Shown here in pieces: positions 37,820 through 50,200 of a stretch of 64,000 nt of DNA (position 1 is the first letter of the stretch; every line of letters starts with the position of its first letter). This stretch comes from Lama guanicoe (lineage: Eukaryota): the NCBI GenBank assembly GCA_013239625.1, contig MU053559.1:868001-932000 (forward strand), in the 5' to 3' direction. Under the pieces are notes generated by a model. It saw nothing but the letters and a program-made list of their open reading frames with translations, had not been told where the DNA came from and did no database searches. Made by a program: the position numbers and the translations under genes.

Positions 37820-38680
37820 GTGCGTCCCGCCTACCCCAGAACCCGCCAAATCCCATCAAACCCCACCCCCACCAGCCACGCACGGTCCCCATAGCCTCGC
37901 GCTCCCGGTTCCCACCGACTGCAGCCTCCGGTAATTTCATCGGATTCGGTAAAACCCCGCCCTTCTCTTCTCTCCGGCGTTTTCTTCCGTTCAGGCCCGC
38001 CCCTCCCCACCTGGTTATTTGGTTGGCCAGCGCCCTCGTCGTACGTCATTTACCCGCGCCACCCGGAAGCTGCGGTTCTTACCAACCGTTCTTTTTGCCG
38101 GCGGCTCTCAGGTAACGGCCGCATTTGGGCGTCCCTGGGTGACGGAGTTCCAGAGTTGGGAGGGGCAGAAGGCGGAACCCCCAGCCTGAGCCGGATGATC
38201 CCACTCACAACGTTGAGAGGGTGCAGATGTACTGTGCTTGAGACCATACTGAGTGGTCAACGTGGTCTTTCCCTTCCCCATTCCTCAGGAGCCCATCATG
38301 GCGACGCCCCCTAAACGGCGGGCGGTGGAGGCCACGGGGGAGAAAGTGCTGCGCTACGAGGCTTTCATCTGCGACGTGCTGCAGCGGGACCTGAAGTGAG
38401 TGACAGAACAGGGGGCGGGGCGCGTGGAGCGGTCCACGTGGTGAGCGGGGCTTTCGAAGTCAGGGCGTAGCCTTCTGATTGGCGGGCGAGGCTTTCGAAG
38501 GCCAGCCCCGTGCGCCATTCGAGTAGGAAGGAGGGGCGATATCCGGGACGGGGGAGGGAGAAACATGGCGGTCTTAGTCCAGAATGTGTCCGCGCATGCG
38601 CGGCCTCGGATGGCGCTTAAAGGTTAAGATCTAGAGTGCCAAAGCCGGAGTTCTCAGGTTCGAATCCCGGCTTGGCTATT
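37820..38680 (+). promoter_or_regulatory. UXT: UXT CpG-island promoter and non-coding exon 1
   Basis: CpG-rich; GC box at ~37996, TACGTCA at 38042-38048, ETS CCGGAAG at 38063-38069, donor CAG|GTAACG after 38111, acceptor before 38289, YY1-like AAACATGGCG at 38561-38570, NRF1 GCGCATGCGC at 38592-38601. Confidence 0.8.
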
Positions 38681-41600
38681 TCGCTTTCCGTGTGAACATG
38701 TACCTCGTTTCCACTTTCTGTGCCTCAGTTTCCTCATGTGTGAAATGGGGAAGTTAATTGAACCTTCATGCGCTGGCTTTGAGTTTTCAATGGGTTCAGT
38801 CCTTGTAAATGATTTAACTTGGATGCTAGAGGCTCAACGAGTATGAAAAATTATTATTACTATCATTATTAATCTGAGCATGAAGTACAGTGTTGAGGAC
38901 TAGGATTATGAGCATCCTAAAAAGGATGGAGGATTTTTCTACGGTAAGAACGGGATATTCCGGCTGAAGGGAGGCATTGGGAATAGAGTGTAATAAGAAG
39001 ACTAATAAATAATAGCTATAACATATATAGAGCTTCCTATTTGGCAGGCCCTATTCTAAGTACTTTATAGTTAACTCTCATTTAATCCTTCTCATGACTC
39101 TATGAGGTAATACTTGTCATCCCTATTTTATAGATGGGGAAATTGAGTTCCAAAGAGGTCACTCACTTGCCAAAGTCACACAGCTAGTAAAAAGGAAAGC
39201 CTGGATTCAAACCGAAGCAGTCTGACCCAGAGTCCAAATCTTGACTTCTGCACAAAAACACCTCTTAGGGCATGGTGACATGAGAGTCTCAGAGGGTCAC
39301 GATATGAGGTATTCCAAGAGGGCCAGGGCTTCCTCTTGGTCACCATTTTACTCTTGTCCCATCATGTCCCATCAGAAAGGTGCTGGACCATCGTGACAAG
39401 GTATATGAGCAGCTGGCCAAATACCTTCAACTGAGAAATGTCATTGAGCGACTCCAGGTAAAGATGCCAGGGTTAGGTACCTTCTTTTTGTGGGCAAAGG
39501 GTGGGGGGAGAGGGAAATACCCCAGCCCCAAACCTGTCACCTGATTAAAAGTTGACCACTGACCCCTACCTCTTTTTCCCTGGCCCCACAGGAAACTAAT
39601 CACTCGGAGTTATATATGCAGGTGGATTTGGGCTGTAACTTCTTCGTTGACACAGTGGTGTGAGTGTCTGCCTGCCCCTCTGAGCCCACAGGGTTCAGCT
39701 TCCTCCTTCATTCAACAAATATTTTTTGAGTATTTGCTACATACCAGACACTGCTAGGGGCTGGAGATGTGACAGTAAATACAAAATAGGACAAAATCCC
39801 TGCCCTCCCAGGGCTTTAATTTGGGGAAGGCGGGGGGTGTGTGTGTGTAAAAAAAAAGCCTTAAATAAACTGTGTGTGGTATGCTAAACAGTGATGAGGA
39901 CTCCCCCACTTCCTCTAACCACTGTTTCCTCAGCCCAGACACTTCACGAATCTACGTGGCCCTTGGATATGGTTTTTTCCTGGAGTTGACACTGGCAGAA
40001 GCGCTCAAGTTCATTGATCGTAAGAGCAGTCTCCTCACAGAGTAAGTCCTTTCCATGAGGATAGTATCTAAAAACACCGCCATTTGCAACACCTTTCTTC
40101 CCCCCCCTGGCTGCCTGCCATGATACATACTTAGGGACCCACCTCCCCTCCCCCTCAGAGCTCGGACTGAGGAAAGTGGGGATGCAAAGCTCAGCCTCAG
40201 GTGTAGCACCTAACAAGCACTCAATAAATCGTCTCTGTATTGGTCACTCACACAAAACTTTATCGGGCATCTGCTGTAGGCTCTGTGCTTGGTGGTGAGG
40301 AAGCAGCAGTGAACAGGACAGAAGGGTTTCTTGAAGGGTTGCATTCTAGAAGGACTGTAACTGTTACACATCAGCACAATTTTGACCAGATCCTGGAGGT
40401 CTGTCTCAGAATCATTAACAATAAAACCAGTTACCTCTGACTTTACCTCCTGCTAATTTTCCTGCTCGTTCACTGTGCTCTGACCACGCTGACCTTCACA
40501 GGCTTCTTTAAACACCCTCAGGATGCTCCCACCTCAGGGCAATTGCGGTGGCTGTTCTCTTTGCCTACAGCACTCTTTCCCCAGGTACCTGCATGGCTTC
40601 CTTTCTCCTTATTCAAATTTAAGTCTTGATTAAATGTTACTTCCTCAACAAGGCTCTCGGTGACAACTTTAAAATTGCAACCCCTGACACCCCTGACTCC
40701 CCTCCCTTGTTCTGTTTTTTTATTTTTTTAACTCCGAGCACTTATGACCTCCTAATACTTACTGGGTAATTTCCTTACTGTGTAATGTTCATTGCCTCCT
40801 CCCACTAGGATATAAGCTTTGCAGAAGGAGGGATTTTGTCTATATCCCAAGTCACTAGAATAGCACGTAGCACATATTAGGCACTCTGTTGAGTGAATTG
40901 AAAACTGTTTGCTGGAAATCGATTAAAGTGGGGATTGAAGCAGATCTCTGGTAGTGGTGGTGAGGGAGGTACCATGGGGAGAAAAGATAGGCTCCGGTTG
41001 AGTTGAAGTTTCCATGTAGAGAAGGGGAATTGGGAGTGCCAGTGAGAGGTCGGAACTGTGGCTCAGGATGGCCTCCCAGAGGAACTGACACTTGGGTCAC
41101 TTGGTTGAGCGAACAAGCTGTGGGGCTATCTGGGGAAGAGCATTCCTGACTAGGGGACCAGTGGGCCTGCCACATTAGAGGAACTGCCCTAGAATGGTGA
41201 ACATTCACTCAACCCAGATGGAGTGAATGAGGTAATGCCAAGTAGTGTACTTAGATTAACAACATTTCACGTGCGACTACCACTGATCTAAAGTTCCTTT
41301 GAGGTAATGTTTCTCTATTCCTACATTCATTTCTTCCAGAGTTGCCTCTCTTAGATTTCAATAATCCTCCCCTTTTCAAACCTTTTCAGGCTTTCAGTGT
41401 TCATAGACCCAAATGAGTCTCAGACCGGCCGAGATTTCTAAATCTCAGTGATTAGACCAGTTGGTGAACAGTTTGGTCAAGGGGCCTGCTCTCCTGGGCC
41501 AACGCAGTTCTGAACTGGTGGCTATTTAGACTAAGTCCATTTTTTTAGAACAAAGCTTTCCTTGTTATGTCACAGGATTCCTGTGCCTTTCAGATAGATT

Positions 41601-44600
41601 TTAATTGTTTGGGACTTGATGTCTGAACCCAAAATGAGGTATTTAAATTGTCACTGCCTGCCCCTTGTCTGGTCTTTTTGATTGATGAACCTTGTCTATT
41701 AGTGTGATGAAAATGTGAATCTCTTATTCTTTTATTATAATTAGTAGGACTCCCTGGAAATTAAATCTTTCTAGGAGATGAGGATTTGAGTCTGTGTAGC
41801 TCACTCTCTTCTTTAAAATACTTGGTTTTTTGAGAAAAAATACTTGTTTATTTGGGATACACTTTAAATAAACTAACTTTCCTTCAGGTTATTTTATGTA
41901 ACCAAAACAGCGTACTAGTCCTTCACGTTCTTAGTCTATTTCTTTGTTTGGGGACGGGGGATCAGTTCTCTGTGTATATTCTTTCTCTTTACACAGAAAG
42001 GCATACCCATCCACACGCATAAACAGATATGATTATAGAACAAACAGAATAACCATATGACTAGTAACACTGTCTTACATATTAAATCAGTAGCAATAAA
42101 TTAAACCTATCCTTTTTGTGTTGCACCTCGCATGCGGTGAACTTTTACATTTTTCTCCTTTTTTTAAGTATTGAACTCATAGTCTTTTAGAATAAGCTTG
42201 TACCATTAACTAACTTTGTTCTCTTTTTTAATGTTCAGATTGTCCCTTAGGCGCTGATCACATTCGTTCCTCTGTTCTTTGAGCTCTACCCCAGATATTC
42301 TTGAAAGCATTCTTGCTCTCTGGCAACAACACCCTGCTCCATTTATATCCTGCGCCATTTATTTTCTTTTGAGGACTTCAGGTTCCTGTGAGTCAAGCAG
42401 TCATTCACATATTCATTCAACATACATTGAGTGCCTACTATATACCACATACTGTTTTGGTTCCTGGGGATACAGCGGGGAATAGAGCCGACCAGATCTC
42501 GGCCCTTACGCAGCTTACATTCTAGTCAGGGGAGACAGACAATTAACAAGTAAATGACAGGTTGACAAAGCTACAGAGAACAGCACGGAATGGAGATAAA
42601 CATTGCCGGGGATGGAGCCATTGCAATTTTGAACAGAATGCTTGGTTGGATGTGGAGTGTGAGAAACAGGGAGGAGTCCAGGGTTTTGGCTGAGCCACTA
42701 AAAGGGTGAAATTGCCATTTTCTGAGATGGAGAAGACAGGAGGAGAGCAGACTTGGTTGCAGGGGAGGATCAGGAGTTCAGTTTAGGACCTGTTAACTGT
42801 GAGGTGCTCATTAAACACTGAAGCTGATTTTCTGAAGAAGTAGTTAAAACTCCCAAGGCTGGAGTTTGGGAGAGAGAGCTGGACTGAAAATATAAATTTG
42901 GGAGATAGTGATATATAAATGGGTTCATACTGGTTTTTTTTTCCAATTGAACATCCTGTGTTGTTGCCTTCTACTTTTCTTAACAGTATTCGATTTTCCT
43001 AAAACTGACTCCTACGTTGACAGATAGTTCAGAACAATAAAATCCACATTCTTTATCATGATATCAAGACCCTGCATGATCCAGCCCCTTCCTACCTCTT
43101 GGACCTTATCTTGTGCCACTTTCCTTCCACCATTCACTTAACTTCTAACACTCTGGCCTCCTGACTGCTCCTCAAAAAGTTCTTTCCTGCCTCTTGGACT
43201 TTTTGTGGAAAAGGCCCTCCTACTCATTCTTCCTGCCTCAGAAAGGACTTCCTTGACCCTTTGTATCAACTAGGATTCTTTCGGGTGAGACCAGTCCCGG
43301 TTGGCTTGTTCATGTAACTCAACAGCCCAGGGCTGGAGTAATTTCAGGCAACTCCAGCTTCTCAGTTGCTTAGGCCTTGGTGTCTTCCTCAAGTCCTCTC
43401 ACACCTGACATCCTCCTTTGGTAAATCATGTTGACCCTACCTTCAACTGTATCCCAAATCCAGTCATTTCTCATCACCTCAACTGCTGCCAGTGTGGCCT
43501 GAGTCTGCATCTCTTACCTGGACTAGTCCAACAGCCTCCTCACTGGACTTCCTCTTCCACACTAGCTGTCCTGATCCCTGGTCAGTTCTCCATACAGCAG
43601 CCACATGGATCCTCTTAAACCCTAGTCAGTTCACTCTGTTCTCTGATCACAATCCTCTCCTGACCCCTATCTCACTTGGAGTAAAAGCCAGAGTCTTCAC
43701 CATGGCCTTGTAGGTTTCACAGCATCTGTCCCCCCCGCAGACCTCTGTCTGTGGCCTCACCTCCCACAGTCCCCCTTCGCTTATTTTTCTCCAGCCACCG
43801 TGGCCTCTTTGCTATGCCTCAAACATGCCACGTACACTCCCACCTCAGAGCCTCTGCATCTGCTACCCCTTGTGTCCTTAACACTCTTTCTCCATATATC
43901 TACACGATTCATTTCATTTTAAGTCTTGACTCAAAACGCTTCTCAGTAAAGCCATCCCTAAGCACTCTGATTGGAATTACAGCCCATACTTCTGCACTTC
44001 TTATCCTCTTACCGCTTAATTTTTTCATCATACTTAAAACCATCTGACATACTCCATATTTTATTCCATCATGTGTCCCTCTTCATGAGAATTTGAGCTC
44101 CATGAGGCTGAGATTTTTGTTTGTTGTGTTTGCTGCTAACTCCCCAGTACCTGAAACAACCTGGCATAGAGCAGGCATTCAGTAAATGTCTTCGAATCAG
44201 TGCAGTCCAGATGGCGGCCAGGCATCTCTGCATAGGAGCAGGTCAGGTAGTAGGGTGTCTTACCACCTGCCCTGTGGAAGTCATCCAGGACGTCGGTAGT
44301 TCTTGAAGTGGTGAGGAAGCATCATCCTCATGATCAGAAGTGGGGCCCACTTCGCCCTTTCTTGTTTCTTTCCTCCAGGCTCAGCGACAGCCTCACCAAG
44401 GACTCCATGAATATCAAGGCCCATATCCACATGTTGCTTGAGGTGAGAGCAGCTCACCCCACTCCCAGACTCTACTTCCAATTGTTTAGGGTGGTAACCT
44501 GAGGAAGGGAGAGAGCCAGAGATGGGAAGGACCATCTTTCCCTCTAAACTGGAGTCAAACTGGAGCCAGGCTGGCTCTGAGGGAAGGGAGATCCCAGCAA

Positions 44601-44708
44601 ACCTGGGGTGGGGCCTGGACCCAGTCTCTGTTCAATCTCTTCTGTTCTCTCTTTCAGGGGCTTAGAGAACTACAAGGCCTGCAGAATTTCCCAGAGCCTC
44701 ACCATTGA
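38298..44708 (+). CDS. UXT: UXT, prefoldin-like chaperone, 156 aa
   Basis: Exons 38298-38395, 39376-39457, 39592-39659, 39934-40041, 44379-44442 and 44658-44708, all GT-AG and phase-consistent. Translation: [94 protein letters not shown]. Confidence 0.97.
38610..38860 (+). mobile_element. MIR SINE at the edge of the UXT CpG island
   Basis: ggttaaga..ggttcgaatcccggc..tctgtgcctcagtttcctcatgtgtgaaatgggg core. Confidence 0.75.
39005..39255 (-). mobile_element. MIR SINE
   Basis: tcatttaatcct..tttatagatggggaaattgag..ccaaagtcacacagctagtaa..ggattcaaacc. Confidence 0.8.
42440..44195. mobile_element. L2 fragments in a UXT intron
   Basis: L2 3'-end motifs (cattcaacatacattgagtgcctacta; cctggcatagagcaggcattcagtaaatg) and internal pyrimidine-rich L2 sequence. 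Confidence 0.65.
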
Positions 44709-44729
44709 CCGCGTCCTACCTCCCCTGAC

Positions 44730-44735
44730 ATTAAA
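44730..44735 (+). terminator. UXT: UXT polyadenylation signal
   Basis: ATTAAA 21 nt after the UXT stop codon, followed by U/GU-rich sequence. Confidence 0.75.
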
Positions 44736-45189
44736 GAGCCTGAATGTCTTTGAGTCACGTGACCCTTCTTTCCCCTCTTAACTCCTCCTGTTTGCTGAAG
44801 TGCCCGGTTTCTAAAGCACAAAGTTACTAAGAGGCCCAGAAATCCAGTCTGTGTGGAACCTTTAAAGCACCACTGAAGTCCCGCCTCCAGCCTGTTTCCT
44901 GGCAGAATTTGCCACTTGACTTTCTGCTCTGCCCACTCTACCGTCACCTGGGCAACCTGGGCCCCCACTGACCCTTCCTTCCATTTCTTTAACTGTACAC
45001 TACTTTGAATTACCAAAGAGAATGGGCCGATTCAGGGTGGAGGTTTTGTTCCCCAAGGCAATCAGCCTTTCACTCCTGGCCCTAAGGTTTACCCCTCTCC
45101 CACACCCCAGTCGTCCCTCAGGTACCTTAAATTACACCCACGCCCGTCTAGGCCAAACCTTGGCCTTGCCCCAGCTTCTAAATAGTTCC

Positions 45190-46200
45190 AGCTTCCACCA
45201 ATGGGCGCAGGGCTGATCCCGCCCTCCCTGGTCCGGCCCCTATTCTAGGTTGAGTCCAGCTTCCGCCAAACGATGCAGAGCCAGGTTCCACCCCTTTATA
45301 ACTGGCTGCAGCTCGACCCTGCCCTCGTAGGCATCCAGTTTCCGTCACTCAACACTCCTTCGCCTGTCTGGCAGCTGTCCGGCCCACCTACCTCTGCTCC
45401 GTTCTAAATTAGTCTTTTCTAGCCAATCACTACAGAGTTACACTGCCCGCCTACGCAGAACCCTGGCCAGACCACCTCCCTGCGGGCTGCTACGCCTGTG
45501 TACTTCTATACAAGTCCTGCTTCCGCTGAGCTGCGTGGAGAGCAGCACCGCCCGGTTGGTATTCTGGCAGCTGTCTGGGAGTCCCTCGCCCGCCAATCAG
45601 CACAAAGCAGGGTCTAACCACCCCTATCCTCGGAGGTTGGCTGTCTTCCATCAAGCCCATATAGGCCAATCAGTGCGAGGCAGGCGCCCCCAGAACCTTG
45701 TCAATCTATCTGTCTGTCTTGAGCCAATCAACGTGGAGCACCGGCGGGGCCGAGCACGTCCCCTCGGAACCTAGACGGCCGTCTGCGTTCCATCAGTCTC
45801 CCTCGGGCCAATCACAGCATAGCTCTGTGGGGCAGGGCCCGCCTCCCCAACCCTGGAAGACGCGCGGTCGAACCCTGGCGCTTTGGCCAATCAGCGAGCA
45901 GCGGAACGCTCGGCTCCTCCTTCAAGGGCCCACGTGAGCGGTGGGGAAACGCAGGGGCGGCTTCTAGGTGCTGCCACCGCCACCGCCGCCGCCACCGCCA
46001 CCGCCGCCTCGGAGCCCGGGCCTGGGGGGCGGTGGGGCCGCGCATGGAGCCCCCGCCCCCCGGAGCTGCTAACACCGCCGCTGCGCTACGCACAGGTGAG
46101 CCCGGGGCCTGGAGGGTGGAGGGCCCGGTCCGTGACCCCACGTATCCTTCCCGCCCCCGCGCGGGGGGATGTGGCTTGGCCCGTGGCCTGCTGGTGTTCA
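45190..46200 (+). promoter_or_regulatory. ELK1: ELK1 promoter, CpG island and non-coding exon 1 (donor after 46095)
   Basis: CCAAT boxes at 45198, 45423, 45593, 45666, 45724, 45808 and 45887; E-box at ~45931; (GCC/ACC)n at 45973-46008; donor CAG|GTGAG at 46095/46096. Confidence 0.85.
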
Positions 46201-46225
46201 ACTCCCCACCGCCACCACCACGGCT

Positions 46226-47175
46226 AGTGGACCTGCTTGTGGCATTGCCCCCTCTCTTGGCCCCTTGTAGTGGATCTGACTGTGGCCTAACCCCCCTTCC
46301 TTTTTTATAATGGATCGGTCTGCGTGCTAATATTTCTCCCCACCCCACCTTACAGTAGACTTGTCCGTGATCTTACCCCCTACCCCCGGTTACAGGAAAC
46401 CAGTCTCTGACAATGTCCAACTCCTTGACAGTAGGTGCATCTGAGTGTTTGTATTTCTGTCCTCAACTTTCAGGGGCCCCGTCTGTGGCCTTGTTTTATC
46501 ACCCCTCCTGTTCCTTGTAGTGAGTCAATCCGTGGCATTGTAACCTCCACCTTTACAGTGAGTTAATCTGTGAATTTGTATTCCTGCCTTCAATCCCCCA
46601 ATGCTTCAGTCCATGGCTATGTCACACACACACAAACACACATCATTTTACAGTGGATCAGTCTACATGCTTGTATTCACGTCCCCCTATTTATCAGATG
46701 ATTGCCCTATTCTCCCTTTTTTGTAGACTGTCACTCCAGTCCTTGGGCTTCTCCCTTCCTTTTTTAATAGTGGATCAGTTTAGTGCTTTCTATCTCCCCA
46801 TTTTCAGTAGCCTAGTCCGTGGCCTTGTCCCCTCTCCTTTTAAGCGGTCCGTGTGATGGCTTTTCTCCCCTCCACTATTGTGAAGTCAGTGTGCTTTTCT
46901 GCTCTCCTTGCCCCTAGTAAGTAAAATGAGCCTTTACACACACACCCCCACTCCCACCTTTGCAGTGGCTCTGTTCATTGGCCTTCCTGCTACCCATGTG
47001 CTGGCATTCACACCTCTCCAGTATCCTCTCCTATGAGATCAGTGCTTTCTAATCCCTCCAGGAGGGTCAGCCTGTGTGCTTTTATTTCCCCCCTCCTTTC
47101 CTTGTGGTGGATCAGTCTGTGGCCTTCCCTGCCCCCCTCCCTCCTCAATAGTGGCTCAGCCTGTGTGCTTGTTGA
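46226..47175 (+). repeat. Degenerate ~40-nt tandem repeat in ELK1 intron 1
   Basis: A recurring unit resembling YAGTGGATCAGTCYGTGGC plus a pyrimidine tract at ~46226, 46268, 46310, 46353, 46518, 46556, 46651, 46768, 46805, 47106 and 47149. Confidence 0.7.
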
Positions 47176-47269
47176 ACCCAGGTCTTTTTCACTCTGGAAC
47201 ACCCCCCATACACACTGTTAACCACTAAGACATCCTGCCCCACTCCACTAAATGAACACATTAGTGGTA

Positions 47270-50200
47270 GTGACAATGCCCTAGGAGCCAACACTTATTG
47301 AGCACCTACTGTGTACCAGGCAAGATGCTATATGTTGATGAGCTTATTTCATCCACACCGCAACCCTGTGAGCTAGGCACTGAGGAAAGTCTGGCATAGG
47401 GAGGTCGAATACCTTACTCAAAGGTGACCCAGGAAGTACCAGGTGAGGTTGCCCCTCAGAACCTAGGATAATTTTTGAGGCTTTCCTCTCTCACTTCATC
47501 CCACCCCACTTGAGGCCCCACTCCTTAAATACCAAATGAATTCCCATTGCCAAGCTTTTGTTTTTGCTGTTCCTTCTGCCAGCAGAGCTGTCTTCATTCC
47601 ACAGCACCCCTCCATCCCCCCTCATCTCAGCAGCCCTGTGACCTTAGTGATTTAACCACTTTCTCTCTGCACCGGTTTCCTCGTGTGTCAAATGGGGGAA
47701 TCAGAGCTCAAATCACTCCAGTTTAAATAAAGAATACCTGCGAGTTCATAAAACAAGTAATCTCTCCGGCCTTACCTCCTACCCGCCCCCAACTCTGTTC
47801 CAGCCATGCTGACCTCCTCACTTACCTTAAATGCACCAGGTATGATCCAGCCTCAGGGCCTTTGCGTTGGCTATTTTTCTACCCAGAACACCCGCTTCTC
47901 TGCATGGTTCCTTTCAAATGTCAACCCGTCCCTGACCATCTGAACCTGCACACCCAGCGGGACTCAGCCCCTTCTCTGCTTTATTTGTGCCTCTGGCCTT
48001 TATCACCATCAGACCTACTGTGTCGCTTACCAGTTCATCGTGTTCATCATATAGATTCTCTTTGCCCATTAGAACGGGAGTCCCATGAGGGCTTACGGGT
48101 TTTGTCTGCTTATTCACTGCTGGGTCTCCAGCACCTAAAAATATACCTAGTACGTAGTAGATACTCAATAAGAATTTATCGCACAAATGAGTGGGAAAAC
48201 ATATAATTTCAGACAAATCAGGGCTCGGGGGCCAGTGGAGATGGAGAAGGCATGTGAGAGCTAGTTAAGAGAGGAGTTAGTCGGGACTGTTCATTCGACA
48301 AACACTGACTGAGCACCTTCCGAGTACCAGGCCTCCTTCTAGGTGCTGGGGCTACGGGAGGGAATAAAACAGGCAGAAATGCCTGCCTTTGTGGAGCAGA
48401 CCTTTGCTAAGAATGGGGGGAGACAGACTATATAAATAAATCGAATTAGGTAGTATGTTAGTGCTGCAAGTGCTAAGAAGGAAAAGTGAAGTAGGGAAGG
48501 TGGGAATGCAGTATCGGGGTGGTTGAAATCTTAGGCACAGGGCAGGCCTCACTTAGAAGGTGACTCTTGAATTGAGGCCTGAAGAAAGTCAGGAAGGGAA
48601 CTGTAAATGTCTAGAAGAGTGTACCAGGCAGAAGGAGCAGCTGGTGCAAAGGCCCTGAGGTGGGATTGTGCCTGGCATGCTCAAGGACCGTGAAGGAGGC
48701 CAGTGTGGCTGGAGCCTAGTGGAGGGAGGGGTAGGAGGCAAGGTCAGAAAGGTGGTGGAGGCCAGGTGGTGAGGCCATGCTGACACGTAAGGTTGGGGGG
48801 GTGGTTAGGGGAGGGAGAAGGGTGTCACGCTAGCTAACAGTAACATTTGTTGAGTGTCTCCCATGCCCCAGAAATAACTTTTCTAAGTCCTTTACATATA
48901 CTGACATTTAATCATCTCAAAAGCCTTTGAGAGCAGGTATATCCTGAGGATATTTTACTTCGTGAGTGAACTATATCCCCCATTTTCCAGATGCAGAAAC
49001 AGACCCAGAGAGGTTAAGTAGCTTGCTCAAGGTCACACAGCTAGAATAGGACAGAGGAGTATGAGGCTGAAGACCCAGAGAGAAGAACAGATTTGCAGGA
49101 GCAGACAGGTTATTCGGCGCATTGGCTCACACAGAGGAAGAATGAATTCTGCCTGGGAGATGCCAGAACTTGACGATGTGTGTAATAGAGGGTTCACCGT
49201 GTGCAGGGAAGAGGGACGAGCACCCCTGGCAGGGAGAACAGCCTATACATATCCTCAGCAGTGGGAACTGGATGGATTCAGGGCACGCATGATGTAGCAT
49301 GCCAAGCGTGGGCCCACCTCACAGCCTCTGTTAATGCTGTTCTCTCGGCTTGAAGCACCCTTCCCACAGATGTCAGCATGGCTTGTGACCTCTCCTCCTT
49401 CAGGTCTCTGCTCAGATGTCACCTCCTCAGGGAAGCCCTCCCTGTTCACCCTGTGTGAAATAGCATCCTTTCACCCTCTAGGAGCCTCCCCTTCTGCTTC
49501 TCCCTGTAGAGAGCTGGTGGTGTAAGGTGGCTCAGATCATTGTCTAGAGCCAATCTGCCTGGGTTTGAACCCTGGCTCTGCTGGCTTCCAGCTGTGTGAC
49601 CTTAGGCGCATTGCTTAACTTCTCTGTGCTTCTGTTTCCTCGTCTAGAAAAATGAGAGGGCAATAATAATGCCCACCCATAGTGGTGGTTTGAAGGAGTT
49701 AAATGACTAAAATGGTTTGCAGTCCACAGTAGTAAGGACGGTGTGACTGGTTCCTATTTTGTGAGTTAATATGACTCTTCGTAGCATACACGTAGGTGTG
49801 TCACAGGCCTCTGAGACTGACCATCTCCAATATTGACCTCCTGATCTGCCCCCAAAAGCTGCTCTCCCGCAGTGCTCCCATCTCAGGTGATAAGGCCAGG
49901 AACCTAGAATCACCTTTAGTGCCTCTCTCACCCCCCTCCACCTGCCCCATCCTATCTGTCAGCAAATCCCATTCGCTCTGTCTTCAGATTTTATCCAGAA
50001 CTCAGCCACTTCTCACCAGTCCTGCTGCTAGCACCACCATCTCTTATGTGGACTATTACAGTAGCCTTTTCAGCCCCCCTCATCTCCTCACTGCAGACAG
50101 AGGGATCCCATTAAAATCCAAGTCACAGCCTGTCACCCCTCTGTTCACAGCCGCCTCATGGCTCCTGTCCCCCTGTCTCACTCAGAGTCAAAGCCCTTAA

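Noticed and set aside
45812..46348. GC-rich ORFs on both strands at the ELK1 promoter
   Set aside because: Low-complexity products of CpG-island composition with no recognisable domain.
46226..47175. CRISPR-like repeat-spacer array
   Set aside because: Mammalian intron, highly degenerate units, no cas genes.
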